Notes under the pieces: model-generated
Databases searched by the model: none
Told to the model about the DNA's origin: nothing
What the model saw: the letters and a program-made list of their open reading frames with translations, nothing else
Source of the DNA: Carcharhinus amblyrhynchos
Taxonomy: Eukaryota
NCBI GenBank assembly: GCA_965287045.1
Contig: OZ336883.1
Coordinates: 16,802,001 to 16,866,000, forward strand
Reading direction: 5' to 3'
DNA: 64,000 bases
In this document: positions 1 through 11,812 of the stretch, piece by piece
Numbering within the stretch: the first letter of the stretch is position 1
Layout: each line of letters opens with the position of its first letter
Translations under genes and position numbers: made by a program

Positions 1-619
1 AACCACTGTACGACAAGGCAGCTAGGCAGCTTATATAAAAAGAGAGTTTTCGGGAGGATCAGAGAAAGGTGAACTCAGCAAAGAGAAATGAGTCAAGACG
101 AATGTGACGTCTTGAAGTGCAAAGGCTAACGGAGGAAAGTGGTGAAGATATCTCAGTGATAATTTTTAAAATAATTCTTGAAAAGGCAGTATGGAATGAT
201 GATTTTTAAAGAGAACTTAGAGAAGTGGAACAAAATGAGATGCAGAAAGGAGGAGAAAATGCCTGTGGAGTAAAGGGTCAGTCTGAAGTGTGATCTGGTG
301 GTAAGCAGCATTGCCACCACTGCAACAGCCTTGACATTGTGAGTGGTGGAAGCTGTAGCCAGGCAAGGAGGCTTCAATACAGCAAAGGCATCCCCACCCC
401 TCTGCGAGGTTTTGTTAAAGCCATGTGTCAATGCCATCATCCTCAACATGTTCATGGATGAGAAGGGTCTTATTCACTTGTGAATGGACAGTCTGGAGGA
501 AGATGCAGGGAGGAATGGTGAGAACTAGTCTGTTCCCTTGCCCTCTTTGCAAGATCTTGACACCCTTCTTAACAAGTGGTCCACAGTCTGGGCCAGAAGG
601 AGATAACTGGGGCCTAACT

Positions 620-905
620 CCTTTTAGAAATGTTTTGCATAACCACCTTGCTGTTGTGGTCTCTGCCTCGATTTATAAAGTCAAAGGTTCTATATCTCCT
701 TTCAATAGCCTTCTTAAGTAGTTCTGCAACCTTCAAAGACTTGAGTACGTACACCTCCAAGTTCCTCTGGATGCTAAATGGTAACATTTAATTTATATTC
801 AGATCTTGTTCCTACCAAATGTATCACTTCACCCTTCTTAACATTAAATTTCACATGCCACCTGTCTGCCTATTTCACCAACCTGTCTATGCCCTTATGT
901 CCTCT
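620..905 (-). mobile_element. Decayed CR1-type LINE fragment
   Basis: Reverse complement resembles the CR1 RT 3' region (KCEVIHFGRKN...DLGV-like) also seen in the copies at 24826 and 42160. Confidence 0.55.
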
Positions 906-909
906 TTAC

Positions 910-1240
910 ATTGGCACCGTAGTTACCACTGTTGCCTCACAGTCCCAAGCATCCAGATTCAATTCCCAACTGCGGTCACTGTCTGTGCGGAGTCTGCACG
1001 TTCTCCCTGTGTCTGCGTGGGTTTCCTCCGAGTGCTCCAGTTTCCTCCCACAGTCCAAAAATGTGTGGATTAGGTGGATTGGCCATGCTAAATTTGCCCC
1101 TTAGTATCAAAGGGACTAGCTAGGGTAAATGCATGGAGTTATGGATATAGAGTCTGGGTGGGACTGTAAACGTTGGGATTATGGTCGGTACTGACTCGAT
1201 GGACTGAATGGCCTACTTCTGCACTGTTGGATTCTACGAT
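910..1240 (+). mobile_element. HE1/V-SINE, CR1-type tail (tail A)
   Basis: tRNA-like head, central GTTCTCCCTGTGTCTGCGTGGGTTTCCTCC V-domain, tail GGACTGAATGGCCTACTTCTGCACTGT...ATTCTA. Confidence 0.85.
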
Positions 1241-1925
1241 TGCCAGTTTATTCTATAATTTTGTTGTTGGGATGTTTTGAACATTGCCGAAAAAAGGAGA
1301 TATGTTTTTGAAGCTTTTCATCTCACACACATCGGGACAAATACAAGAACTCCAAATTTCAAACATGTACAACAATTTATACTTCAGTGTTCCACTTGTC
1401 TCATGTTTCAGCAATAGTCAATTACTTTTCTCGCTCTGCCTCTGCCTTAGTTTGGGGAAAAGACAGATTTCATCAAATAAGGCGATGTTAAAGCGGAATA
1501 AACAAACAAACAAATACAACTTCTTTGAAAGGTGAAAAGTAAACAAGAAAGGCCTTGACATCCAGTTTTCCATTTTTCACTCGTGTTACATTGGCAGCAG
1601 TTACGTTTGGCTTGCATCAGCAGGTTAAATCACAGCATTCCATTAGTTACAGTGAAAGACACGTTCATGTTTGATCTTTGAAAGAAATAAACAATGTACC
1701 GGCACATTTCCCATTCTGTAAGGGGAGGGATTGACCACAGGCCATCGAGAAAATAGCAATTCCTCCACAAAATAATATTATTTTTATCTATCTATCAATC
1801 TATTTAGTCCACTTCTATCATAAACAGAACTTATCACGTAATTTAGCAGACAAGTAGCAGAAGATTAATATATGGACACAATGTTAATAGCTTATTGCAG
1901 CTAGGCATTGGTCATTGCTATCTGT

Positions 1926-1996
1926 GATGTGGAGATGCTAGCATTGGGCTGGGGTAAACACAGTAAGTGATCTCACAACACTAGGTTAAAGTCCAA
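1926..1996 (-). mobile_element. 3'-terminal fragment of the short Penelope-like hammerhead element family
   Basis: Matches the terminal about 70 nt of the elements at 14369 and 52720; flanked by direct repeat CTATCTGT (1918-1925, 1997-2004). Confidence 0.7.
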
Positions 1997-2106
1997 CTAT
2001 CTGTCACAGCTATTCCATTATACTTTTCATCCTGCCTCAGAATTAAACAATAAACCTCCCAGATGAGCATCGTAGTGCATCAAATCATCACATAATAAAA
2101 TCAGTG

Positions 2107-2380
2107 TCCCTACAGTGCAGAAGGATGCCATTCAGCCTGCAGTGATAACAATCCAATCAAGGCTCTATCCCCTTAACCCTACATATTTACCCTGCTAATC
2201 CCCTGACACTAATGGGCAATTTTACATGGTCAATCAATCTAACCTGTACAACTATGGAGCATGGAAGGAAACTGGGCACCCGGAGGAAACTCCATGCAGA
2301 CAGTGGCCCGAGGTTGAAATTGAACCTGTGTCCCTGGAACTGTGAAACCGCAGTGACAACAATGGTGCCATCCTTCCGCC
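2107..2380 (-). mobile_element. HE1/V-SINE (tail A)
   Basis: Reverse complement of the SINE consensus seen throughout the window. Confidence 0.85.
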
Positions 2381-2769
2381 CAATTGAATTCATGTTTTGT
2401 GTTAACCATTTGTCCATCACATTTCAAACTTCCAAATATAAAAGAAAAGTTGTGGATGAAATTCTCTGGCCTCCCCGCTCTGTGTTTCCTGATGGGGGGA
2501 GATGGCCTGCTGTTGGCTGTCTTCTGGTCCTGCTACTGTCGTTGGGATTTCCCATTGAATCGACCCCACATTCCCTGGGAAAGTTGTGGCGTGAGTACAC
2601 CATGTACTGGAGTGGAAAATCCCACTGGCGCAAACAGTCGGATGATCTTGCCCTATGTTTCATGTAAGAGGGAAAAGCAAAAAATTTCCTTCTGGGCTTT
2701 TTTTGGCCTTTGTAATGCAGTCTCTCCTAAAGGTAGGAATTGGATATTTATGAGCAGCTAACCTGAAGT

Positions 2770-2973
2770 TAAAACAGAAATGTATCAAAAGAAATGCACA
2801 CTTTTGAAGTCTAGTTTTCTGACCCAAAGGTTTAAATAAGGATGCACATACCTGGAGTAGTTTTCATCCTGCAACAAATCTGACTATTTGGTATGTGCAT
2901 CCTTATTAAGACCTTTGGATCAGAAAAAATAGATTTCAAAATCATGCATGCCTTTTGATGCATTCCTGCTTTA
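2770..2973. repeat. Imperfect fold-back inverted repeat (about 83-bp arms, about 37-nt loop); MITE-like remnant
   Basis: 2770-2852 is the reverse complement of 2890-2973 with scattered mismatches; core AATAAGGATGCACATACC / GGTATGTGCATCCTTATT is exact. Confidence 0.85.
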
Positions 2974-3730
2974 TTTTGTATGGGGGTGGAACCCTTCATC
3001 CACCCAAACACAGTTCCTACATCAGAGGATTGGACATTTCATATGCTGGAGTTTCCACTTCCTGGCTGATGCTTGAACCCAGTTCAAACAGCAGCCTGGA
3101 AGTTATCAAGAAGCCAAAGTTTCCAGTGCGATGAAACAAAGCTGCCTCCTGAAAGGTGCAAAAAAATCCCAGCTGGATGTGCCAGTGATTGGAGTGGGGA
3201 ATTTGAATGGTGTCAAGATCTAAACTCCTAAGTTTGGATTGCAGAAGATGTTCTTTAACTTTTAAAGCAACCTCTTACAGAGGGGCATTTGAGGCTGCAA
3301 TTCCATCCTTTCTGGTGGGTGGTATCTGAGTTGGCCCACTTTCTACCCTGTCTCCCTGTGGGCAGGGGGGTGGGGGTGAGGAATTCAATAGGTTTGATCA
3401 CACTGCCCTGAAGGTCCACTCCTGGAGGGAGTTCTTCCAGTTTCTTCATAACTGCTTGAATTATGTCCAAGTCTTCAGGATCATCAGGGTCATTGGGAAT
3501 GAGACAAGTAATACACACTCCGGAGAGGTTTCAAGACTACTTGAACCCTTCAGTAAGTTTTATAACTTTCATAACTCTCAAGCCGATCATGGAATCATTT
3601 GATCCATGAATTAGCAACCTATTTTGTACTAAGCCAGCTTGACTTCCTATTTTACTTCAGTGAATGCCTATCCAAATAATGGAAATCTCCTGATAATGGA
3701 GGAATCCAGACAGGCACAGAGGGGTGTGGA

Positions 3731-3851
3731 GGCAGGAATTTTACCGGTACGCCCATTCATTAATATCGCGCCCAAGGCTTATGGAGAATGCCATTCTGCG
3801 AGCCTCGCCTGCCCCAATTTCAGGGCGGGCGTGCCGGTAAAATCAGGGCCA
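3731..3851. mobile_element. GC-rich terminus of a non-autonomous DNA transposon with internal inverted repeat
   Basis: ATTTTACCGGTACGCCC (3738-3754) vs GGGCGTGCCGGTAAAAT (3827-3843); end GGTAAAATCAGGGCC resembles the right end of the 61333-62655 element. Confidence 0.5.
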
Positions 3852-4384
3852 CAGAGTGGGACATAAGAGTGACTATTGACATCATTGTGTCTACTAATGA
3901 ATTGGAAGTGAAATAGGACTTACGGTGAATCATCTATTTTAGGTAAATAAAGTCTATTTACTCAGACACAGTAAACACATTTCGGCATTTTGAGGTACTC
4001 ATCAGTGTAAGTGGTGACATGGGCCCACAATGCCGCAAGGGTTGGCAAATGAGGTTCTCACTGATGAGATAGCGTTTCCTGATTTTCCTCGCCCGTGATG
4101 TAATGAGAGTCCCACCCAAAATTGATGCGAGCTACCCGTTCAAACACAGAGGGTGTCTTCCAGAGTCTGGAATCAGCGACTGCGCCTATGCAAATCTTCT
4201 CCGCAACAGCCAACCAGCATCGCTGCTCTGCTGCCCTTGCTGGATGCTTGTCTTCACTGTCTTCCGGAGGTCCACTTTCTGGAAACAGTGACTACCTCTC
4301 CAACTCAATGCAGTCGAAGAGAACCCAACAGGACACAAAAGTGAACATAGGGACCTGCCCAGGGAGTGTCCTGGAATCACCAAC

Positions 4385-4558
4385 ATGGCACTGTCAGAGT
4401 GGCAACAATCCCACCCAGGCCCTATCCCTATAAACCCATATATTTACCCTACTAATCTCCCAGACACTCAGAAACAGACAGTCACTCGAGGCTGAGATTG
4501 AACCTGGGTCCCTGGCGCTGTGAGGCAGCAGTGCTAACCACTGTGCCATCCTGCTGCC
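4385..4558 (-). mobile_element. HE1/V-SINE, internally deleted
   Basis: Head (GAACCTGGGTCCCTGGCGCTGTGAGGCAGCAGTGCTAACCACTGTGCC) joined directly to tail part. Confidence 0.8.
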
Positions 4559-5227
4559 CTTATGATTAGTAACAAGTCTGAGTCTGACAGGGGATTATTG
4601 GAATATAAAAACAATCGACAACGTTGCAGCGTAATGTTAAAAGAAAATAACATACCTGCAGCTCCCAGGAGATGAGGAGTTAAGTAGATTAACAAATATC
4701 ACATAACTCCTGGCAGGATTAGTGTGTGACATCTGCCACATTTAAAAATTAATGCTTTTTTTCCCACTAAAGTCACATCTTGTCAGTAGCATTATGCTGA
4801 CAGTGTGATGATGCTAAGTTTTGTTTGAACAATGTAATGATATTCCACTGACCAAATCATGTTCTTATCTAAATCATTACAACATAGCATTTGGAATTTC
4901 TTTGTAACTTTGCACTTTCCTATCAGCTTATGAAAAATTAAACATTTCTCTGAATTATTAGTTTAAACCAGGCTTTACATATTTGCACAATACCCATGAA
5001 TTGAATATAGTTTGTTCATTTTAGAGCTGAGGCAATCATGGGTTGCAAAAATAAATTTTTTGAGCCAACATTTGCACTGGATATTATGACCCCTAACATC
5101 TGATCTCTGCAGTGTAATAACAGGAAGCAAAGTTGTGCTGGAGAACAAAAATATTCATTAGTCATAAGGGTTTTAGTTCCATCCATGTTCGGCTGCTCTG
5201 CAACAGTCAAAATGTTATTCCATATGC

Positions 5228-5550
5228 TTAGAATCACTATATTGTAGAAGGAGGCCATTTGGCCCATTGAGTCTGCACCGACCAGAATCTCACCCAAGCC
5301 CTACCCCCATAACCCCACACCTTTTCCCTAGCTAGTCCCCCTGATACTAAGGGGCAATTTTAGCACGGTCAATCCACCTAACCCACACATTTTCGTCAGT
5401 AGGAAGAAATCAGGGCACCCAGAGGAAATCCATGCAGATGCTGGGAGAATGTGCAAACCCCACACAGACAGTGATCCAAGTCGGGAATCGAACCTGGGTT
5501 TCTGCCACTGTGAGACAGGAGTACTGACAACTGTGCCACTGTGCTGTCCC
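5228..5550 (-). mobile_element. HE1/V-SINE (tail A)
   Basis: Full-length reverse-complement match to the family. Confidence 0.85.
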
Positions 5551-6334
5551 CACTCTGTCACCGCGTTGTTTGTCAAGATACCCATGTTGATCCCATGACC
5601 TGTGATTCCATTGCCCATCAGTGAAGCCTCTTTGAGATATCCACACCTCCAAACAAGATGACTCTTTCATAGAAACAAGGGCTTCCCTTTAAGAATGTTA
5701 TGATAACACCACTTGCACCCAGATAAGGTAAACTGAAGCCACATTGTGAAATGTCTTATCATCCTAGTCCCTCTTTGGGACTATTCAAATCAGATGTACT
5801 CCTCAGATGATTGGTCTCACCTAAGGTTGAGGAAGACAGGCCCCACAGGCACTTAAATTGTTCTGAAGAGCTGGTCTAACTCTTCCTGATGGCAAGAAAT
5901 CACTACACCATACCGCTATCTTTTGGATAGACTTTTAAACACGTTTCAACTAGATATAACAACTTGGATATTAGGAGGGTCCTAGGTTCTAGGAAGAACA
6001 AGCATAACCTTGATTCTGATTGAGAATTCTAGTCTTATTAATGTTACAAAAAGATATTTAAGGTATACATCAATATTTAAAGTAGCAATTACCATGAATC
6101 CCTAAGCTGAATGCTACTGAGTCTAGCCCAATTAAGGAAAGAACTATCATCACTGCACTACAGTAGATATGTCTTTATCTTGAGAGATGCTGGGTTGATT
6201 CCAATTAATCTAAAAATCCTACTGTGTGGTTCCTGTGTTTATACCATAAAAAAGCTGAATCGGCAGGAAGCATGTTGAGGACTGATGCTGGACAACATCC
6301 TTTGCTTTCATTAACGTCCATTAATTTTCTACAC

Positions 6335-6622
6335 TCCCTACAATGCAGAAGGAGGCCATTTGGTTCATTGAGCCTGCATTGACAACAATCCTATGCAGGC
6401 CCTATCCTCTTAACCCCACATATCTACCCTGCTAATGTCCTGGCACTAAGGGAAAATTTATCATGGCCAATCAACCTAACCTGCATAGCTTTGGACTGGG
6501 GGAGGAACCCGGAGGAAGCACATACAGACGGGCGGAGAATGTGCAAACTCCAGACAGACATTTACCCAAGACTGGAATTGAACCCAAGTCCCTGGCGCTG
6601 TGAGGCAGCACTACTAACCATT
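6335..6622 (-). mobile_element. HE1/V-SINE (tail A)
   Basis: Reverse-complement match to the family. Confidence 0.85.
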
Positions 6623-6919
6623 CCTTTCGGTCAACATCCTTCAAAAAAACAGGATCCTAAGAGGTTCAGCTAATGATAAATGCACTCAGTTTCCAGGATT
6701 CAGCCAACAAATGATTTAGGGTAATCCTTAAAGTTATCCATTGTTAGACTGTGGTATCTTACAATTTATTAATGTCTGCTGAGATAATGCAGAGGCATTT
6801 TAGGAATTGACTTGTTGTGGAGGATATAACATTCCTACTACATGATGCTGATATCACTGAGTGTACAATGATGCCTAAGAATGTTTATTTCTGCTTTTAA
6901 TTTTTAATCTCGAGAGTGA

Positions 6920-7012
6920 GGCCAGGGTGGGATTGTGGTTGGTGCAGACTCAATCGGCCAAATGGCCTCATTCTGCACTGTAGGGATTCTATGATTTCTA
7001 TGATTCTATGAA
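6920..7012 (+). mobile_element. HE1 SINE 3' tail fragment
   Basis: GGGTGGGATTGTGGTTGGTGCAGACTC...GATTCTATG repeats. Confidence 0.8.
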
Positions 7013-8684
7013 TCTTGACTTCGTAGAAAAAGCACTATATTAATCTTTTAACTCTGCATTCCTTCACAACAGTACAAGCCATCAGGATGATGCAGATGCA
7101 ATTCAGATACCTAGACAAATCTGGAAATTCTTTTCAATAAACACAAGCCAGGGCTTCGAGAATGGCTGTGGTCTGGCAAGTCTGAACACTGCACAACAGT
7201 AGGTATTGAAACTCCAATGAGGAGGGCGGGTGGGGACGGGGTGGGTAAGTATTGAGTGCTCTCATTCGGAGGAAGTGAAGGAAGAGTCTGATGTGTTGAG
7301 GGCACCAGTAGCTGATCACTTTGCTGCCAGGATTGGCCAAGATGGACAGCATTCAGGCACACTTCAGTTTACCTGAGGCAGTGCAGCCACCAGGAACCTC
7401 AATTTTGAACCTGCTTATCTCACAGACGTAGTGCAAAGGACAAAACAGTTGCAGAGTGGGGCTTTGGTTGGGAGGAGACTGGCAAGGGGTAAGAAATGGA
7501 AGTGTTTTCAGCAGAGTCCCCACTTCCATATGCCCTTTCATCATGTTATATGTTACGGCCCATCTACACCTGTCTGCTGATCAAGCGCCAAAGAAGATTT
7601 TGCTTAATCTGTACTTTGTAATTCATGTTAATCTTATGATGTGTGTAATTGTTAAACTAAGGGAGTATTGCGTCACAATCCAATTTTTTCACCTGTTCTG
7701 GTCCTTGCCATGCCTGATGCTTCATGCAGGTGGTCACTCTTTCCAAGAATGTAGATATCAACTTGAAGTCCTTAGACAATTTGGTAGTAATGCTCAAGAT
7801 GCATTCCCCCCACCTCCAAGCCAGACCCACCACCAGCCCCCTCCACTACCCCCCACACCCCTAAACCCCCCATGCTTAAGTCAGCCCACCCACAAAGTGA
7901 TGCATAGTACTTTGGAAACTGCTGACAGAGCCTTACACATTTTCTGCTGTTGTTTAATATATTTCTATTCTTCAGTCGATCCCCGAGGCTCAGCATCTGT
8001 ATCCAGCTGCTCAGACCACGGAATGTCTTGTACCCTCTGACATGATTACTGCTGTCCCCGTCTCTGGCATCTGCCTCTACTCACTTTGGATGTGCTCCTT
8101 ATTATGTGCCAACCCAGTAGTCTACTCCGCAGAGAGATCTGCATGCCTGAACGGATGGGAGTGTGCATGAATCATTGAACAATTCTTCTTCAGGGTGTGT
8201 GACCTGCTCTGAGGAATCATCTTGCTTGTTCAGCATTACCTCCTGAGGGGTGCCTAAAGGACACATAGATGAGGAAAGACATGAATTAGAACTGACCAAC
8301 TAGTTCTTAGTCACCATGGTGCAGATCATCATACTTGAGTGACTGCTAACATCATAGCTACATAAGCATGTGCTGCATGCAGTGTGCCTGTGGCACATTT
8401 GATTTCATTGGTACACCCCCATTTTTTCAGAAAGAGCAATACTAGGATATATCCATTTGTTATTTTTTGCAAAATTGATGTACTAATTATTTAAAATACC
8501 CACTGTCTCAATAGTCTAACTGGTGACAAAAACATTGATTCAGGATTAAATATTCCGTCTTTTACTAATCAAACCATTTTGTATAATTTGGTTATGTTTA
8601 TGCATTCCATGATGCTGAAATGTTGTTCAGTTACAGGGCACAGTTTGGTAGAAAACAAAACTATAATTGTCTCACAAGCTGTCT

Positions 8685-9175
8685 GTGGCAAGGGGTTCCA
8701 AAGATTCACAAGCCTCTGAGAGAAGACATTCCTCCTCAGAGGTGTCTTAAATTGGCGCCCCTTTATTCTGAGACTATGACCCTTGGCCCTAGACCCTCTC
8801 ATGAAGGGAAATTTCCTCTCACCATTTACTCTGCCGAGCCCATTAAGGATCTCATATGTTTCAATGGGATTACCTCTCATTCTTCTAAATTCCAATGAAT
8901 AGGGTCCCAATCTCTTTAACCTTTCATCATAAGACAATCCCTCCATACCGGGATCATCCAAGTGAATCTTCTCTGAACTGCCATCAATACCTTTCCTTAA
9001 ATAAAGTGACCAAACATGCTCACAGTGCTCCAGATGTGGTCTCACAGCACCTTATACATTTGCAGCAAGATTTCCCCACTCTTACACCCCAACCTGTTGA
9101 AATAAGGGCCAACATTTCATCAGCCATCGTGATTACCTGCTGTGCCTGTGTACTAGATTTCTATGTTTCATAACT
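8685..9175 (-). mobile_element. CR1/HER1-like LINE ORF2 3' fragment, decayed
   Basis: ORF 8569..9045 reads RPHLEHC...LSYDERLKRLGPYSLEFRRMRG...RGHSL..KG...RRNVFSQRLVNLWN, typical of the CR1 C-terminus. Confidence 0.9.
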
Positions 9176-9330
9176 ATTAAAGATGAAAAATTATTTTTAG
9201 TTGTGTTACAGAATCCAACAAACGTATACAAATATAATGCCATAGTTAATATCTATTTAAGAATCCCCATCAACATCAAAGTAATACCTAACTCTCTGAC
9301 TGAATCAGTTGTTGGGAAGTTGGATTGAAA

Positions 9331-9465
9331 AGCTCTGATGAAGGACATCCAGACTCAAAAAAATTGGTTCTCTTTTGTCTCCACCGAGGCTGTCAGACTT
9401 GCTGAGATTTTCCAGCATTTTCCATTTTTGTTTCAGATTCCAGCACCTGCAGTATTTTGCTTTTA
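9331..9465 (+). mobile_element. Second Penelope-like short repeat family with degenerate hammerhead core
   Basis: GCT-CTGATGA-AGGACATCCAGACTC-AAAA followed by ...GATTCCAGCACCTGCAGTATTTTGCTTTT; homologous to 25855-26083 and 31203-31330. Confidence 0.6.
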
Positions 9466-10119
9466 CATTATGTTAGAAAAGCTGTTTGCTTTATGATATC
9501 CAATTCCTCACAAATTGGAGAAATATTGAGGGGGGGGGGGTACTTCCAATACCATTATACAATATTCCAGGTTTTCTGAAAGGAATCAGGAACAGTTAAA
9601 CCCTTTTAAAGCAGATTACATCATTTGCTAGCCTCTTTAATTAAGTCATCCTCTTAGATGTATCCTTATCGTTTATTCTGATTTAACTTAAAATGGTGTC
9701 ATTAACCATGTTCTAAGAATAAATATGATCATCACACCCATAGCTATGTCCTCAATATTTTTCTGTTTATCGCCAATTGTTTCTATTTTTTATCAATGTG
9801 ATTTTACACTTTTAATAGAGAAATACTTTTTTTATAATGTTTTTTCTAATTTGCTGAGCTGAGTACCAAGAATGCCTCCTCAATAGATAGGGAGAGACAA
9901 TACTGCCATTAAAGCTTTTAAAGTTCCTTTGAAAATGAATTTAGAGCTTTTTCTTATTTGAGGGTGAATTGAACTTAAAAGGCTCTAATGTTATATTATG
10001 TGTGATACAGGTGATGTCTGCTAAACACCTGTTGAAATAAACTGTCAGCTAGCACTGCTCATGTATGTACTTTAAGGTTGCTGGGTAAAAATGGCTGTAC
10101 ATGAATATGTGTCCAGTTG

Positions 10120-10427
10120 GATGGCACGGTGGCACAGTGGTTGGCACTGCTGCCTCACAGCACCGTGGACTGGGATTTGATTTCCAGTTTGGGTGACTAT
10201 GTGGAGATTCCTTGTGTCTGCGTGAATTTCCTTCATCCACAGTGCAAAGATGTGCATGTTAGATGGATTGACCATGCTAAATTGCCCTTAGTGTCCCAAG
10301 ATGCGTAGGTTAAATGGTTTAGCCAAGCGGTAGGATGAGGGAAAGGGCCTAGCCAAGGTGTTCTGTCAGAGTCAGTGCAGTCTTGATGGGCTGAATGGTT
10401 TCTTTGTGCATTGTAGGGGTTCTATGA
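10120..10427 (+). mobile_element. HE1/V-SINE variant (tail A)
   Basis: GGCACGGTGGCACAGTGGTTGGCACTGCTGCCTCACAG head and GGGCTGAATGG...TTCTATG tail. Confidence 0.8.
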
Positions 10428-10913
10428 ATATCCTAAATACTTATTGGTTCTACCTATTTATTCAGGATGTCAGGCTGGGGGATGGGATAAGTGGGTGTTG
10501 AGCCCCGTCAGGTTGGGGTAGGGGGGATGTGGCTATATGGGAGGTGGGGGTACTCTGTGGTGTGGGGGTACCCATGTGGGAATCGGTCAGTTACCTGAAG
10601 TTCTTTTTTTCCCTTCAACACTTTCAAAGAATAAAACTGGCAGAACCACCTGAATTTCACTCTTGCTGGATTTTTCATAGCCTAGTGCAATTGTCCAGGG
10701 AGATGTTAGCTCTTCTGGACAATTGTGAAGTAACCCTTATATGGGAACTTCCAAGCGGGATTTCCCAGCACCTATTTGGGGTATTTCCTACCACACCCAA
10801 ATTCAACATTGGGGAGATTATTGTTCTTTAATTAAAAAGCAGTGTTGTATAAAAACCTGTAAAAAGTCTGACAACACCAGGTTTTAGTCCAACCTATTTA
10901 TTTGATAATATAC

Positions 10914-10951
10914 TCACAAGCTTTCGAGGGGACTGCCTCTTCGTCAGGTGA
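10914..10951 (-). ncRNA. Minimal type I hammerhead ribozyme motif (inverted-arm copy)
   Basis: Exact reverse complement of 11082-11119. Confidence 0.6.
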
Positions 10952-11081
10952 ATGGAGAGGTGAATGGAGAACTCTATCAAAAAGCAGGATGCTGATCCAA
11001 TGAAACTTTATCAAAACAAGTCAAACTGTAAAATCTTTTATGTTAGCCCTTCAGACATCATCAGACATCAGAACTCTCCAT

Positions 11082-11119
11082 TCACCTGACGAAGAGGCAG
11101 TCCCCTCGAAAGCTTGTGA
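11082..11119 (+). ncRNA. Minimal type I hammerhead ribozyme motif
   Basis: TCAC-CTGACGA-A-GAGG(cagtcc)CCTC-GAAA-GC-TT-GTGA: conserved CUGANGA and GAAA boxes, helix I TCAC/GTGA, helix II GAGG/CCTC, palindromic loopless helix III (AAGCTT), CUU triplet. Confidence 0.65.
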
Positions 11120-11364
11120 GTATATTATCAAATAAATAGGTTGGACTAAAACCTGGTGTTGTCAGACTTCTTACTGTGTTTACGCCAGTCCAACACCGGC
11201 ATACCCACATCATGTATAAAAACCTGCCAGCAGAGTGTGCTACAGGCGGAGTCCTTGATGTATTTCTCTTTTGTGTAGAAAATAATAAAAGGAGCCTTCC
11301 TGTGTGGGTGGGCAGTTCAGTTCCAAAGCAGTTGTGAGTGTTTGTATCCTTAATTGTTTAGAAG

Positions 11365-11812
11365 TGACAAACAGGGTGTCCAGATCACGAACAACATGTC
11401 CTGGTCTCTCCACACTGCGATTGGTAGGGCTCCTACTCTGACCAAGACCAGAAGATGCTGCAAAAGGTTGTGAATGAAGCCAAGATTATCACACAAACCA
11501 GCCTCCCATTCATCGACTCCGTCCACACTTGCCGCTGCCTCAGAAAAGCCGTAATAATCAAGTGCCCCACGCAGCTCGACCATGCACTCTTCCACCCTCT
11601 TCTGTCGGAAAAAAGATACAAAAGTCTAAGGACATGTACCAACTAGCTCAAGAACAGTTTCTTCCCACCATATATTAAGCTGATCTCAACTAGTCTCGCC
11701 TAACTATGACTGAAACATTGCATCCTGCACCATCTCCTTTCCTTCTCTATGAACGCTGTGCAATAGTTTTCACTGTATACCAATACATGTGACAATAATA
11801 AATCAAATCAAA
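11365..11812 (+). mobile_element. Rex1/Babar-like LINE 3' fragment
   Basis: LQKVVNEAKIITQTSLPFIDSVHTCRCLRKA..IIK.P...HALFHPLLSEKRYKSLRTCTN; ends AATAAATCAAATCAAA. Confidence 0.8.

Larger units (their letters stand above)
10860..11212 (+). mobile_element. Short non-autonomous Penelope-like element with inverted 5' arm
   Basis: About 101-bp inverted arms (10859-10959 / 11074-11174, one mismatch), about 38-nt unpaired 3' tail, exact 14-bp TSD TGTATAAAAACCTG (10846-10859, 11213-11226). Confidence 0.85.

Noticed and set aside
910-985. tRNA genes at SINE heads
   Set aside because: A/B-box-like heads continue into V-domain and LINE tails, and cloverleafs are degenerate; these are SINEs
7456-8040. 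Longest ORF in the track (194 aa)
   Set aside because: No recognisable domain, non-ATG start, composition driven by a C-rich tract; probably decayed transposon or chance
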